Positions 33,754 to 44,295 of a stretch of 64,000 nucleotides of DNA are shown piece after piece; positions within the stretch are counted from its first letter, which is position 1; every line of letters begins with the position of its first letter. This stretch comes from Candidatus Aminicenantes bacterium. GTDB taxonomy: Bacteria; Acidobacteriota; Aminicenantia; UBA2199. A program made the position numbers and the translations under genes. The notes under the pieces were generated by a model. It was not told the DNA's origin and searched no databases. It saw only the letters and a program-made list of their open reading frames with translations. The stretch is taken from NCBI GenBank assembly GCA_026393835.1, contig JAPKZK010000020.1, forward strand, positions 13,034 to 77,033. The letters are read 5' to 3'.

Positions 33754-33951
33754 TCTACTTCCTCCGCTTCAATCAAGCTATTCCTGACTTTTTTCTTCAT
33801 GGGCATAGTATTATATTGCAAATCCTGTTTTTTTGCAACTCTCGAAAAACCTCCCGGAACTTTTGCTAATCAAAAGGGCTTTCCGAACGCCCCGACGCGG
33901 GGGAGGTTTTTAAGAATTGAATTTATTCCTATTTTGCGGTATTATTATCCC

Positions 33952-35670
33952 ATGAAAAAACACAGCCCGAAACGTGAAAAACAATATTTACCGCTAAGTA
34001 AATCCACCTTTTCAAAATATGTCGAAGACAATTGCATATATGTGGATAAAACCCGTTATATTCATCCCCTGGTCCAGGCGGGCGGCGCTTATTTCTTATC
34101 ACGCCCCAGGCGCTTCGGCAAATCATTAACGGTTTCCGTCCTGAAAGAAATCTTCCAGGGCAACCGGGAGCTTTTTAAAGGCTATTGGATTTATAACCGC
34201 ATCAACTGGGGAAAATACCCGGTTATTCACCTGGACTTCCTTAAAATCGATTTCAGGGCCCTGGGCATTGAAAAAGCCATCGACAACGAATTGCAACGAA
34301 TCGCGCAAGATTATGGCATCCCATGCCGCGGGGACAGCATCTCGGAAAAATTCAGCTTTTTAATCGATCAATTATCGCAGGACCGGCGTATCGCTGTCCT
34401 CATCGACGAATACGATAAACCGGTTACCGATTACCTCGAAGATATTAACACCGCTGTCTATAATAGGGATATCCTCAGAAACTTCTATTCGGTTCTTAAA
34501 AGTCGGGAAGGAAATATCAAATTTCTCTTCATGACCGGCATCTCTCGCTTTACCCGCCTGTCGATTTTCAGCGACCTGAACCACCTCATCGATATCTCTT
34601 TCCATAAGGATTACACAAAACTACTGGGCTATACCGGGGAAGAGATCGAAATGTACTTCGACGCTTATATCAATGACTGGCTGCAACTGCATAAGGGAAG
34701 CGGCAGCGGAAACGGAAGCGGAAGCACGAAAGCCGAATTAATGGAAAAATTAAAAAATTATTACAACGGCTATTCCTGGAATGGGAAAGATTTTGTCTAT
34801 AACCCGTATTCCATCAACAACTTTTTCTACAGCATGGAATTCAAAAATTATTGGTTTGCCAGCGGAACCACGACTTCCCTGGTAAAATTGGTCAAGGAAA
34901 AAAATATCGCCGTCGAAAACTGGGAGTACCTGGAGGTTCGCGAGCAATTCTTCGATAAATTCGATATCACCGACATTAATATTAATTTAATGCTTTTCCA
35001 GACCGGGTATTTAACGGTAAAAAAACGCCTCGAGGATACCTATGTCTTATCGTACCCCAACCGGGAAGTAGAGTCTGCTTTATTAAATAATTTAATGGAG
35101 GCATATTCAGGACACAGCCTGGAAGATACGGAAAAATTAATCAAAGATATAAAGGAGGCATTGGAAAAAAAACAATTGGACTCCTTTATCAATCAAATGA
35201 AAGCCTTTATTGCTTCTATACCCTATAATCTTGTGGAGGCCGGGGCGGAGAGATTTTATCACCTGGTTTTTTACATGGCCCTGAAATTATTGATCGGCAA
35301 AGTCTACCCTGAGAAATATACCAACCTCGGCCGGATCGATACCGTCGTAGAGACCGGCGGTTTCATTTATCTTATCGAATTCAAGATGGGCAGTGCCGCT
35401 GAAGCGTTAACGCAAATCCTGGAAAAGAAGTATTATGAACAATATCTTGCCCAACCAAAAAAAATAATCTTATTGGGAATCGGTTTTAGCGTAAAGGATA
35501 GGAATATCTCCGGTTATGAAGCCATTGAAAAAACAGGCTATCCCGGGGCCGAAGAGAAGCCCGGAAAGACCGTCGATTTACTCGAAAAAGCCGTCGCCGC
35601 CATCGAGGCCTTGGAGTGCAGCGCTGAAGTGAAAGAGCGCTTAAAAGCGGTCCTGGAAGAAAAGAAATAA
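33952..35670 (+). CDS. AAA-ATPase-like (PF09820-type) plus PD-(D/E)xK nuclease (PDDEXK_9-type) protein, copy 1
   Basis: The ORF track starts at 33799. I prefer the ATG at 33952 (MKKHSPKREKQYLPLSKSTFSKYVEDNCIYVDKTRYI...FLSRPRRFGKS). The C-terminus has GRIDTVVE...IYLIEFK. Paralogue of 56046..57791. Confidence 0.7.
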   Translation: MKKHSPKREKQYLPLSKSTFSKYVEDNCIYVDKTRYIHPLVQAGGAYFLSRPRRFGKSLTVSVLKEIFQGNRELFKGYWIYNRINWGKYPVIHLDFLKIDFRALGIEKAIDNELQRIAQDYGIPCRGDSISEKFSFLIDQLSQDRRIAVLIDEYDKPVTDYLEDINTAVYNRDILRNFYSVLKSREGNIKFLFMTGISRFTRLSIFSDLNHLIDISFHKDYTKLLGYTGEEIEMYFDAYINDWLQLHKGSGSGNGSGSTKAELMEKLKNYYNGYSWNGKDFVYNPYSINNFFYSMEFKNYWFASGTTTSLVKLVKEKNIAVENWEYLEVREQFFDKFDITDININLMLFQTGYLTVKKRLEDTYVLSYPNREVESALLNNLMEAYSGHSLEDTEKLIKDIKEALEKKQLDSFINQMKAFIASIPYNLVEAGAERFYHLVFYMALKLLIGKVYPEKYTNLGRIDTVVETGGFIYLIEFKMGSAAEALTQILEKKYYEQYLAQPKKIILLGIGFSVKDRNISGYEAIEKTGYPGAEEKPGKTVDLLEKAVAAIEALECSAEVKERLKAVLEEKK

Positions 35671-35740
35671 AATTCACCATCATTTTGTTTCCGGGAGGCC
35701 AGGGCCTTTTTACTAATACCTCAAAAAGGGAATTTTCCTT

Positions 35741-35846
35741 AGCGCCCGCTTCCCATGAAAAAACTTTGTGCAGTTCCTATTGTTCATTCTCATGTGTTAT
35801 CTTCAAAGAGAAAGGAAGTATAACACAAGTTGGAAATTTTTAAAAG
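35741..35846. repeat. Direct repeat copy 2 (106 bp): orphan copy of the secretin promoter and 5' end (remnant reads MRMNNRNCTKFFHGKRA then stops after 26 codons)
   Basis: 101/106 identical to 29066..29171, in the same orientation. Confidence 0.9.
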
Positions 35847-35864
35847 TATGGTTAAGTTTTAGTT

Positions 35865-36383
35865 TCAGGGCGTCTTACTCAGGAGGGTAAAGGTAACCAA
35901 CAATTTGGCTTTATTCTTTTTGGAACCCTGGATTATTAAATAACCCTTTTCCGGCATTTGTGGGGTGGCGCCGACATTGTCCAGGGGCATATCCGAACGT
36001 CTATCCGCTTGATCAGCCAGGAGATAAATATCTTTGAAATCCGGGATCGAATCGAAGAAAACGCCATCTTTGCCATCCTTTTGTAGAACCGGTTTATATT
36101 TGCCAAGATTGGCCAACATTTTTTGAGCTTCGGTGCGCAATTCGATCTTTACTTCTTCTTTAATAGCAAACTTTTCCAGCTCTTGTTTGATGGGGGTCAT
36201 GTCCAACCGGAACGGTTTCACCGGTTCATTGGAAGGGGGGGCATTATTAACCTTCAGGTTCGTCAGCATATTGCTGTTTTGCAGGAGTTCCCAGGGGTTC
36301 TGGTTCTCGTCCGCGGGTTGCGCCAATCCACAAATACCGGCAGTTAAAATGGTGATAAATAATAATAAATTGAATCGTTTCAT
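35865..36383 (-). CDS. Secreted hypothetical protein
   Basis: ORF 35865..36410. The ATG at 36383 (MKRFNLLLFITILTAGICGLA signal peptide) is preceded by GGAGGA. No family recognised. Confidence 0.55.
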   Translation of the reverse strand: MKRFNLLLFITILTAGICGLAQPADENQNPWELLQNSNMLTNLKVNNAPPSNEPVKPFRLDMTPIKQELEKFAIKEEVKIELRTEAQKMLANLGKYKPVLQKDGKDGVFFDSIPDFKDIYLLADQADRRSDMPLDNVGATPQMPEKGYLIIQGSKKNKAKLLVTFTLLSKTP

Positions 36384-36547
36384 ATTTCCTCCAGGGATAG
36401 TCCGAAGCAAGCTAAATGCCGGGGTAAAAATAAAAATAAGATCAAAAATGTACTATAAAAAGGACAATCATTGGGTCAATGTCCTTTATCCGGGGCATTC
36501 TCTTTTATAGGGTTTTCATTTACCGCGAAATCGATTATAATTAATAA

Positions 36548-37747
36548 ATGAATGATGCAAATGACCAATACAAAAAAATCTTTCTCAAGAAAGACCAGGA
36601 AAAGCGTATTATAAGAGGCGAACCCTGGATCTACAAAGACGAAATCCAGGGCGGCGTCGGCGGTTTTATGCCCGGCGAACTGGTGAAAATCTATTCCTGG
36701 AAAAATGAATATATCGCCACCGGCTATGTGAATACTGCTACCACTATCGCTGTCAGAGTTTTGACCCGCGATGAAAACCAGGCCATCGATGAAACCTTTT
36801 TCAAACAACGAATCCAGGTGGCCGACAATTTAAGAAAGCAACTATACCCGGATAACCGGTATTACCGTGTAGTTTACAGTGAAGCCGACCAACTTCCCGG
36901 GCTGGTCATCGACCGCTACGATGATTATTTCGTCGTCCAGGTCACCACCGCCGGCATGGAAAACTTCAAACAAAACATTTTTGCCATCATTGCCCAATTG
37001 TACCCCGGCAGTGTTATTATCGAGAAATCCATCGGCGCTTCGCGAGAAAAGGAAAAACTGGAAACCGTCAACCGCTTGATTAGCCCAGACCGATCGCCGG
37101 AAAAGATCATCGAAATCAATGGCCTACGGTTTAAACTTCATTTCCTGGAAAGCCAGAAAACCGGTTTTTTCCTGGATCAACGCGAAAACTACCTGTTATT
37201 GAAAAACATTTCACAGGGAAAAGAAGTCCTGGATGTTTTTTCTTATGCCGGGGCCTGGGGGCTTCATGCACACCTGTTCGGGGCAAAGAGCGTTCAATTC
37301 CTGGAAGTTTCCCGTCGGTACCTGGACCAGACGCAAGAAAATATATCGCTCAATGGATTCGACAGTGGGGCTTTTATATTGACCCATGGAGATGCCGTCC
37401 CCGTATTAAAAGAAATGAGCCGCGATAATACCTGGAAAGATATCATTATCCTGGACCCCCCCGCCTTTATCAAATCCAGGAGCAAAATCAAAGAGGGACT
37501 GCGGGGCTATAAGGAAATCAATCTCAGGGCCATCAAAATGATCAAACCCGGGGGTTTTTTGATCACTTGTTCCTGCTCCCATTTTTTCAGCCGGGAAGAT
37601 TTCCTCGATGTCATTGACAAGGCCGCTTTCGACGCCCGGAGGCGGATTAAATTGTTGGTCTACAAAACCCAACCATACGATCACCCCATTCTACTTCCTC
37701 TCTATCAATCGGAATATTTAAAATGCGGCCTGTTCGCCGTGGCTTAA
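36548..37747 (+). CDS. rlmI: PUA-domain class I SAM-dependent rRNA (cytosine-C5) methyltransferase, RlmI-like
   Basis: 399 aa with GEPWIYKDEI (PUA N-terminus), VLDVFSYAGAWG (SAM motif I), IILDPPAF and ITCSCS. Confidence 0.7.
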   Translation: MNDANDQYKKIFLKKDQEKRIIRGEPWIYKDEIQGGVGGFMPGELVKIYSWKNEYIATGYVNTATTIAVRVLTRDENQAIDETFFKQRIQVADNLRKQLYPDNRYYRVVYSEADQLPGLVIDRYDDYFVVQVTTAGMENFKQNIFAIIAQLYPGSVIIEKSIGASREKEKLETVNRLISPDRSPEKIIEINGLRFKLHFLESQKTGFFLDQRENYLLLKNISQGKEVLDVFSYAGAWGLHAHLFGAKSVQFLEVSRRYLDQTQENISLNGFDSGAFILTHGDAVPVLKEMSRDNTWKDIIILDPPAFIKSRSKIKEGLRGYKEINLRAIKMIKPGGFLITCSCSHFFSREDFLDVIDKAAFDARRRIKLLVYKTQPYDHPILLPLYQSEYLKCGLFAVA

Positions 37748-38169
37748 GACTTCTAACCAGTGGGAACCGGTAAATTTTACAAAGTGTCAGGAAAATGACG
37801 CCGGTTATTTTGGGGGCAAATAATGAAAAACACTCATATAAAAAGGTTTCCCGGGATTCGTTACATTGGCATTGAATTTGCTAAGGTATACCTGGAGGTT
37901 AAATGTATATGGATGCGATGACATATTTGGATGTTTCAGATGCCGGCGTGAAAGGCCGAAAATCCAGTTATAAAGGATTTTTTGAAGGTATGCACATATC
38001 GCATCCAATTGTACCCGGTTTTTTGACACCTTGTAGGGTTAAAACCCCCGATATTACTACAAAAAAAAATAAAAAAAGTTTATTTGACGGAAATCAATTC
38101 GTATTGCGCATTTCGGGGAATAAGAATACTGAGATTGGCTATATTGCTGTAAAAAAAATAAAAAAATGC

Positions 38170-38198
38170 TTGACATTTGATTATTGCTGTGCTAGAAA
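38170..38198 (+). promoter_or_regulatory. Putative sigma70 promoter upstream of pilM with an A-tract UP-like element
   Basis: TTGACA-17 nt-TAGAAA, preceded by aaaaaaaataaaaaaa. A similar A-tract/ttgac module occurs about 90 nt upstream. Confidence 0.3.
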
Positions 38199-38240
38199 CA
38201 GGTGGGTTGTGAAAATGAAGAAAAATAAACGGAGATATTC

Positions 38241-39320
38241 ATGGCATTTCTGAGTTTTGCAAAGAAGAAAATAGTGGGCCTTGATATGGGTTCTTTTGCT
38301 TTAAAATTGGTCGAATTGAGCCCCAGGAAAAAAGGAAAAGAAACCACCTACGAGTTGGTGGCCCTGGGATATGAACCTGTGCCATATCAATCCATCGTCG
38401 AAGGTAGTATCATGGATTCCACGGCAGTGGCCGACGCTATCCAGCACGTTTTTTATGAAAGTAAGACCAAAACCACCGATATGTCGTTCGGCGTATCGGG
38501 TAGTTCGGTGATTGTGAAACGGATCGAAGTGCAGCGACTCAGCCCCGGCGAGATGCATGAACATATATTATGGGAAGCAAGACCCCATATCCCTTTTACG
38601 CCCGAAGAAGTTAATATCGATTACCAGATCATCGAATCCACGGACATCCACCCGGACCGGGTGGGGGTAGTCTTAGCCGCCACCAAAAAAGAAAAACTGA
38701 ACGATTATTTAAATGTGATCGCCATTGCCAATAAAAATCCCAGGATCGTCGATCTTGAATCGTTTGCCGTATTAAACAGCGTCCTTATCAATTACGAAAT
38801 GTATCATAATCGCTGCGTTGCCATCATAAATATAGGCGCTTCCATCACCAATGTGATTATCGCGCGCAACGGGGCCCCGGTTTTTGTAAGGGATATTGCC
38901 TTCGGAGGTAACCAGTTTACGGATTTGATTCAAAAAGAGTTGAACCTTAAATATGAAAAGGCCGAATCCGTCAAAAAAGGAAGGCAGGTGGAGGGCGTGT
39001 CCCCCGCGGCCGTTAAACCGGTGATTAATTTAATATTCAGCGAACTTAAAAGTGAAATTAAGAAAACCTTCGAATTTTATCGCTCCAACACCACCGAAGG
39101 CAGGATCGATAACATTTTACTCAGCGGAGGAACCGCAAACCTGGAATCCATCATCGATTTCTTTTCCCAGGAGTTCGATATGCCGGTGGAGATAGTGAAT
39201 CCATTTAACAGTATCGAAATCAACCCCAAAAAATTCGACCTGGATTTCATCCGGGAAATGGCGCCGGTTTTTAATGTGGCAATGGGATTGGCGTTGCGAG
39301 CCGTTGGAGATGAAAAATGA
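38241..39320 (+). CDS. pilM: Type IV pilus assembly ATPase-like protein PilM
   Basis: 359 aa with an actin-like fold signature (VGLDMGSFALKLVEL, INIGASITN, LSGGTANL). First gene of the pilMNOPQ order. Confidence 0.85.
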   Translation: MAFLSFAKKKIVGLDMGSFALKLVELSPRKKGKETTYELVALGYEPVPYQSIVEGSIMDSTAVADAIQHVFYESKTKTTDMSFGVSGSSVIVKRIEVQRLSPGEMHEHILWEARPHIPFTPEEVNIDYQIIESTDIHPDRVGVVLAATKKEKLNDYLNVIAIANKNPRIVDLESFAVLNSVLINYEMYHNRCVAIINIGASITNVIIARNGAPVFVRDIAFGGNQFTDLIQKELNLKYEKAESVKKGRQVEGVSPAAVKPVINLIFSELKSEIKKTFEFYRSNTTEGRIDNILLSGGTANLESIIDFFSQEFDMPVEIVNPFNSIEINPKKFDLDFIREMAPVFNVAMGLALRAVGDEK

Positions 39321-39955
39321 TTAGAGTTAACTTATTAAGCCCTGAGAAGAAAGATGTTCCCGGCGGTGCACCGGAGCCCGGCGCTCTTACCGAAGAAAAA
39401 AAAGGGGGCAAGATCAGTACCCCTTCCGCCGTTGCAGCCGGCTTGCTTACGGTCGGGATCATCGGTTTACTGTATATAACGCAAGCAAAAACCCTGGAAG
39501 ATAAAACAAACCTCCTGAATGATATGAACGCCAAAAAAACAACCTTGAAAAATGTGGAAAACACATTAGCGGAATTGGAGGCGGCGAAAAACGACCTGAC
39601 CCGCAAGGTGGGCCTGATCAATAAACTAAGGAGCCAGCAGCAGAGCACCGTTAAAATGATGGATGCCGTATCCAATGCACTCCCCGAATGGGTATGGCTG
39701 ACGAGCCTCGGTTTTTCAGGTAACCGCTTAAGCCTCGCCGGGAAAGCGATCCACAATAATTTGATCGCTGATTTTATTAATAATTTAAAGGCCTCCAACT
39801 CTTTCAGCGATGTCCAGTTCCAGGGCTCTACCAAGCAGAACCAGGCCGGCGTGGATGTTTTTAATTTTACCTTAAACTGCACTTACGTTGAGGTCGAGGA
39901 AAAACCGGCGGAAAAAGAAACAACTAAAAGTACAAGTACAAATAAGGCAGGTTAA
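39317..39955 (+). CDS. pilN: Type IV pilus assembly protein PilN
   Basis: 212 aa with an IRVNLLSPEKK N-terminus and a single TM. Its position and 4-nt overlap with pilM fit pilN. Confidence 0.8.
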   Translation: MIRVNLLSPEKKDVPGGAPEPGALTEEKKGGKISTPSAVAAGLLTVGIIGLLYITQAKTLEDKTNLLNDMNAKKTTLKNVENTLAELEAAKNDLTRKVGLINKLRSQQQSTVKMMDAVSNALPEWVWLTSLGFSGNRLSLAGKAIHNNLIADFINNLKASNSFSDVQFQGSTKQNQAGVDVFNFTLNCTYVEVEEKPAEKETTKSTSTNKAG

Positions 39956-39957
39956 AA

Positions 39958-40599
39958 ATGGAATTACAAAATTTGCCCTGGTATGGTCAGTTGTTGGTTT
40001 TTTTGTTAATAGGCGGGATTCTTTTCGGTATTTTTTACTTTGCTTATTATTCGGATAACCAGTCCAGGATAGTATCTATTTCCACTCAAATAGAGAACCT
40101 AGAGAAAGAGATCCGGACGCTTGAAAAAAAGAAGACCCAGGTAAAAGAACTGGAAGCGGAAGTGGCGACAAATAAAGCGACCCTGGAAAAGCTAAAGGAA
40201 ATCTTACCGGAACAAAAGGAAGTCAGCCAAATACTGAAAAAGGTCCAGTCCATTATCACCAGCGCCAGGTTGGATATCCAAAAATGGTCCACATTGTCGG
40301 AACAGCAAAAGGAAATTTATGTCGAGGTTCCCTTCGGTATTACCGTTGACGGCAATTATCATAACCTGGGGATGTTTTTTGACCAGTTGGCCAAATTAAA
40401 GAAAATATTCACTGTCAACAACCTGACGCTGAAACCGCTTTCCAAGATGACCCGTGATTTTACGGTAAAGGCGACCTTTAATGCCGTAACTTATACCTTC
40501 AAAGAAAAAAAATCAGCCCCGGCCAAACAGGCTGCGCCCCCCAGAAGAAAAAGCCCACCGCCCTCGGATGAGGGGGGAAAAGAAATGGAAGGAGTTTAG
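39958..40599 (+). CDS. pilO: Type IV pilus assembly protein PilO
   Basis: 213 aa with a TM, a coiled coil, and the ...VPFGITVDGNYHNLGMFFDQLAKL motif. Confidence 0.8.
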   Translation: MELQNLPWYGQLLVFLLIGGILFGIFYFAYYSDNQSRIVSISTQIENLEKEIRTLEKKKTQVKELEAEVATNKATLEKLKEILPEQKEVSQILKKVQSIITSARLDIQKWSTLSEQQKEIYVEVPFGITVDGNYHNLGMFFDQLAKLKKIFTVNNLTLKPLSKMTRDFTVKATFNAVTYTFKEKKSAPAKQAAPPRRKSPPPSDEGGKEMEGV

Positions 40600-41169
40600 A
40601 TGAAAATGAAAGTATTTTTATTCGGTATATTATTGGCAGCGGCGCTGGTTGCACTCAGCGGGTTGAGCGGACTGGCCCAGGAAAAACAGCCGCCCCAGGA
40701 GAAAAATAAAAAAACCACTACCCAGGAAGTCGATGTTGAGGAACAAAAAGTTGAAACCGATGCAAACCTGGAATCGACCGAGAGTATGGATGAGGATTCG
40801 GAAATGGGGACGGATACAGGAGAATTTGTTTACAGGCCAAAGGGCAGACGGGACCCATTCTGGGACTTGCTGATGGGCAAAAGCACCAAGGTGAAAAAAG
40901 AAGCCAAAGAAGGGATCGCGGGCCTGGAAATCGAACAATTGGAACTGGAAGGGATCGTTAACCGGAATGGCAAGTATATCGCATTATTCAAAGGGCCCGA
41001 CAGTAAACCCTATGATGTCCAGATCGGGCAAAGCGTCTATGACGGTGAAATTATCGAAATAAATGCCAATAGTGTGGTTTTTAAAAAAATATTAACCATT
41101 GCCCTGGGGGGCACCAAAGAAAAAACAGTTATCAAATGGTTAAATCCTGAAAAGGAGAAAGAACAATGA
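40600..41169 (+). CDS. pilP: PilP-like pilus assembly protein
   Basis: 189 aa with a signal peptide, an RDPFWDLL motif and a C-terminal beta domain (LEGIVNRNGKYIALFKG...VYDGEIIEINANSVVF). Confidence 0.7.
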   Translation: MKMKVFLFGILLAAALVALSGLSGLAQEKQPPQEKNKKTTTQEVDVEEQKVETDANLESTESMDEDSEMGTDTGEFVYRPKGRRDPFWDLLMGKSTKVKKEAKEGIAGLEIEQLELEGIVNRNGKYIALFKGPDSKPYDVQIGQSVYDGEIIEINANSVVFKKILTIALGGTKEKTVIKWLNPEKEKEQ

Positions 41170-43640
41170 GGATTAAAACGATTGCAATATTAGCCTTCTT
41201 CACGGCGGTAAACCTTTTGTGTTTACCCCTGGATGCCAGGGCGAAATTTGCTGTTACAGATGTCGAATATCTAAAAGGAGACGATTTCGTTCAATTGCAT
41301 TTTATCACCGATGCAATTATTCCCATCCCCGATCTTTTTTACCCTGAGGAAGATAACACCAGGCTCATTGTAATGAGAATCCCGGATGTCGATTTTGTCG
41401 TACCCAAAGATATGTTCAAATTCGAATCCCCTGTGATCGATACTGTCAAGGTCGAAAAAAAAGAAAAATTTGTCGATGTCAGTATTAAGTTAAAAGAAAA
41501 GGCCAATTACAGGGTATTTACAAACCAGGAGGGATTATTCATCGAATTCCCTAACATCAAGCGACTCGCCGCCAATAAGGCTAATGAGACCGAAAGTAAA
41601 ACCATACCCACACCCGCCGCCGCGGCGCCGCCTTTGCCTTCACCTGCACCCACAGCGACGCCCACGCCGACTCCTACAGCGACGCCTTCGGCGACACTTA
41701 AGCCCGCGGCTGTTAAAACCTATGGCATCAGCGAAATAAAAGATTTTAAATTGGCGGGAAAAGATGATAACCGGGTTCGATTCGAGTTCGTGCTCTCCGG
41801 GCCGGTGGATTATGAAGTGATCCCTGTGATGCAGGCGCCGGTGCGCTTGGCCGTCGATCTAAAAAATACCCGGGCAAAACAGTTTAAACAGGAAATCAAT
41901 TGTTTAAATGTAAAAACCCTCAGGGGCGCCCTAAATACACCTACGGTGTTCCGTGTGGTATTTGATTTAGCGTATTTAAAGAATTACAACGTATCTTTCA
42001 ACAATGAAAATAATGTATTGGTGGTGGAATTTTTCAATGTAATCGATAAGGCGGCCGATGAATCGAATAAGTCGCGTAAAACCTCTCCAAAAGAGATGAT
42101 AGTAGAAACCAAACCGCCCGATATTATGGCCCAGGCCCCAAACCGGGAAGGTGAAACCGCCGCGGCGGTCAGCACGTCCGGCGCTCCCTCCCCCCATACC
42201 ATTGAGACTGCCCCACAGGTCAAAAACGACCTGGGCGAAACCATCCCCGCACGACAGGAGAATGACTTCTTCGCCGAGGAAAAATCGCAAGTCGCCGGGA
42301 GTACCCTGAATACATTGGCTGCATCGAAGCCGGAGCGTAAAAATTCGAACGACCCGGAAATGGAGGATATCAGCTCAGGCAACCAAAAATCGTTTTTGCT
42401 GCAAGAGGTTGGCGGCAGCGATAAAAAATATTTGGGCGACCCAATGGATTTTGATTTTAAAAATGCGGACCTGGAAAACGTTATCTTATTTTTCTCCAAA
42501 TTATCCGGGTTAAGTATCGTTATCGACCCCGGGGTCACCGGCACCATTACCGCCCGTATGTACCAGGTGCCATGGGATCAGGCGCTTCAATATTTTTTGA
42601 AAGTAAACGGCCTGGACATGGTGCGGGAAGGCAATCTCTTGCGTATCGGGAAAGTTGCCGTGTTGGCCAGTGAGGCCCAGGCCAGGAGAAAGTTAAGAGA
42701 GTCCAGGGAAATGGAGGGTGAACTGAGGACTTTTACCCGTACACTGAGTTATGCGCAGGTGGGGCAACTGGCCCCGATTTTAAAAAAGCAGTTGTCCCAG
42801 AGGGGTGAAATAATCACGGATACCAGGAGTAACACGTTAATCATTTCAGAGGTCCTCGATAAGATCGAGATATTGGATCGCTTGATCCAGACCCTGGATG
42901 CCGCGAACCCACAGGTGTCCATTGAAGCCCGGATCGTAGAAACCAATTCCAATTACACCAAGAGTCTCGGTATCCAATGGGGTTTCGGTTTTGCGGCGGA
43001 CGCCGCTTATGGCAACCAGACCTCGTTGAAATTTCCCAATTCTATCACGGCCAATGGTTTACTGGGGGGATATGCGGTGAATCTCCCGGCCTCCGGCGCC
43101 AACAGTGGGGTTAGTTTTTCATTGGCCAATGCGTCCGATAGTTTTCGATTGGATATGGCGCTTTCCGCCATGGAGGCCTCGGGTAAAGGACGAATTATAT
43201 CGGCGCCCAGGACCACCACCCAGAACAATATGGAAGCCGCCATTATGCAGGGTAAATCCATCCCTGTCCAGACCGTCCAGAACAACACCATCCAGGTTAG
43301 ATATATACCGGCGGCCCTGGAATTGACGGTAAAACCTCAAATTACCGCCAAAGGGACCATTATTATCGAAGTGGATATCAAGAACAACGCCCCTGATTTT
43401 GCCAATAGGGTGAATGATATCCCACCCATTACCACCCAGACCATTAAAACCACGGTACAGGTAGATGATGGCGGTACGATCGTTATTGGCGGGCTGTACA
43501 GGGTGGAGGATGCCGATTCCGGCGAAAGTACACCTTTCTTTAGTAAGATACCGATATTGGGCAACCTCTTCAAAAAGTCCAGCCGCACAAGTTCACAAAA
43601 AGAGTTATTGATTTTTATAACTCCAAGAATTGTAAAGTAG
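41166..43640 (+). CDS. pilQ: Type IV pilus secretin PilQ (AMIN domains, Pro/Thr linker, secretin core)
   Basis: 824 aa with two AMIN-like modules, a PTATPTPTPTATP linker, Secretin_N and a secretin core ending GESTPFFSKIPILGNLFK....ELLIFITPRIV. Confidence 0.85.
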   Translation: MRIKTIAILAFFTAVNLLCLPLDARAKFAVTDVEYLKGDDFVQLHFITDAIIPIPDLFYPEEDNTRLIVMRIPDVDFVVPKDMFKFESPVIDTVKVEKKEKFVDVSIKLKEKANYRVFTNQEGLFIEFPNIKRLAANKANETESKTIPTPAAAAPPLPSPAPTATPTPTPTATPSATLKPAAVKTYGISEIKDFKLAGKDDNRVRFEFVLSGPVDYEVIPVMQAPVRLAVDLKNTRAKQFKQEINCLNVKTLRGALNTPTVFRVVFDLAYLKNYNVSFNNENNVLVVEFFNVIDKAADESNKSRKTSPKEMIVETKPPDIMAQAPNREGETAAAVSTSGAPSPHTIETAPQVKNDLGETIPARQENDFFAEEKSQVAGSTLNTLAASKPERKNSNDPEMEDISSGNQKSFLLQEVGGSDKKYLGDPMDFDFKNADLENVILFFSKLSGLSIVIDPGVTGTITARMYQVPWDQALQYFLKVNGLDMVREGNLLRIGKVAVLASEAQARRKLRESREMEGELRTFTRTLSYAQVGQLAPILKKQLSQRGEIITDTRSNTLIISEVLDKIEILDRLIQTLDAANPQVSIEARIVETNSNYTKSLGIQWGFGFAADAAYGNQTSLKFPNSITANGLLGGYAVNLPASGANSGVSFSLANASDSFRLDMALSAMEASGKGRIISAPRTTTQNNMEAAIMQGKSIPVQTVQNNTIQVRYIPAALELTVKPQITAKGTIIIEVDIKNNAPDFANRVNDIPPITTQTIKTTVQVDDGGTIVIGGLYRVEDADSGESTPFFSKIPILGNLFKKSSRTSSQKELLIFITPRIVK

Positions 43641-43665
43641 ATGTATGACAATTAGGAGGAATTCC

Positions 43666-44274
43666 ATGAAGCATAAATTATTATTACTGTTGATAATAAG
43701 CTTAATAACTTCACTCACGGTCATAATGAGCGGCGGGTGCAATAAAATAGAGAATCTATCCAACTCCGGGTCGAGACTGATCGTCGACCTCGTTACCGGC
43801 AGGGCGCTGGACGGGACGGATAAATCAACCACGGTGTTTTCCGATGTGATAACTATGGTAGATGGAGAGCCGACTATTGAAAATGACAATGCCTCGGCCA
43901 CCTTGCGGGCTGAGTTGCTAAACCCTGCGCCGAACAATGTATCAAATTACCAGGATGTTATCGTGGATCAAATCGATATTTCTTATACCCGCTCGGATAG
44001 GCCAAACGCGGTAGAAGGAAAGGATGTGCCTTACGGCTTTTCACAGAGAGTGAATTTCCTGGTTGCATTAGGGAGTTCCGCGGAATACGGTTTCATGTTG
44101 ATCCAACATACTGCCAAAAGAGAGTCCCCTTTGGTGGAACTGATCTACAACGGCTTAGTAATAAAGTTAGAAGCCAATATGACGTTTTATGGCAAAGACC
44201 TGGCAGGCAAGCGGGTGGCCCCGGTGACCACAAGTATATCGGTCTGGTGCGCCGATTTTGCCGATCCAAAATGA
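43666..44274 (+). CDS. Lipoprotein, function unknown (downstream of pilQ)
   Basis: The ATG at 43666 is preceded by AGGAGG. It has a signal peptide and lipobox (LTVIMSGGC). Confidence 0.55.
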   Translation: MKHKLLLLLIISLITSLTVIMSGGCNKIENLSNSGSRLIVDLVTGRALDGTDKSTTVFSDVITMVDGEPTIENDNASATLRAELLNPAPNNVSNYQDVIVDQIDISYTRSDRPNAVEGKDVPYGFSQRVNFLVALGSSAEYGFMLIQHTAKRESPLVELIYNGLVIKLEANMTFYGKDLAGKRVAPVTTSISVWCADFADPK

Positions 44275-44295
44275 CATTAAAAAGGAGGTAGCATT

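Noticed and set aside
33799-33951. The upstream extension of the AAA/PDDEXK_9 ORF (start at 33799)
   Set aside because: The paralogue and the family consensus start near MKK...; the extension is not conserved-looking and overlaps the divergent promoter region with RhuM.
37805-38253. ORFs 37805..38029 (minus) and 37903..38253 (plus) upstream of pilM
   Set aside because: This is an AT-rich intergenic region with long A-runs and promoter-like modules. The products are low-complexity and lack an RBS.
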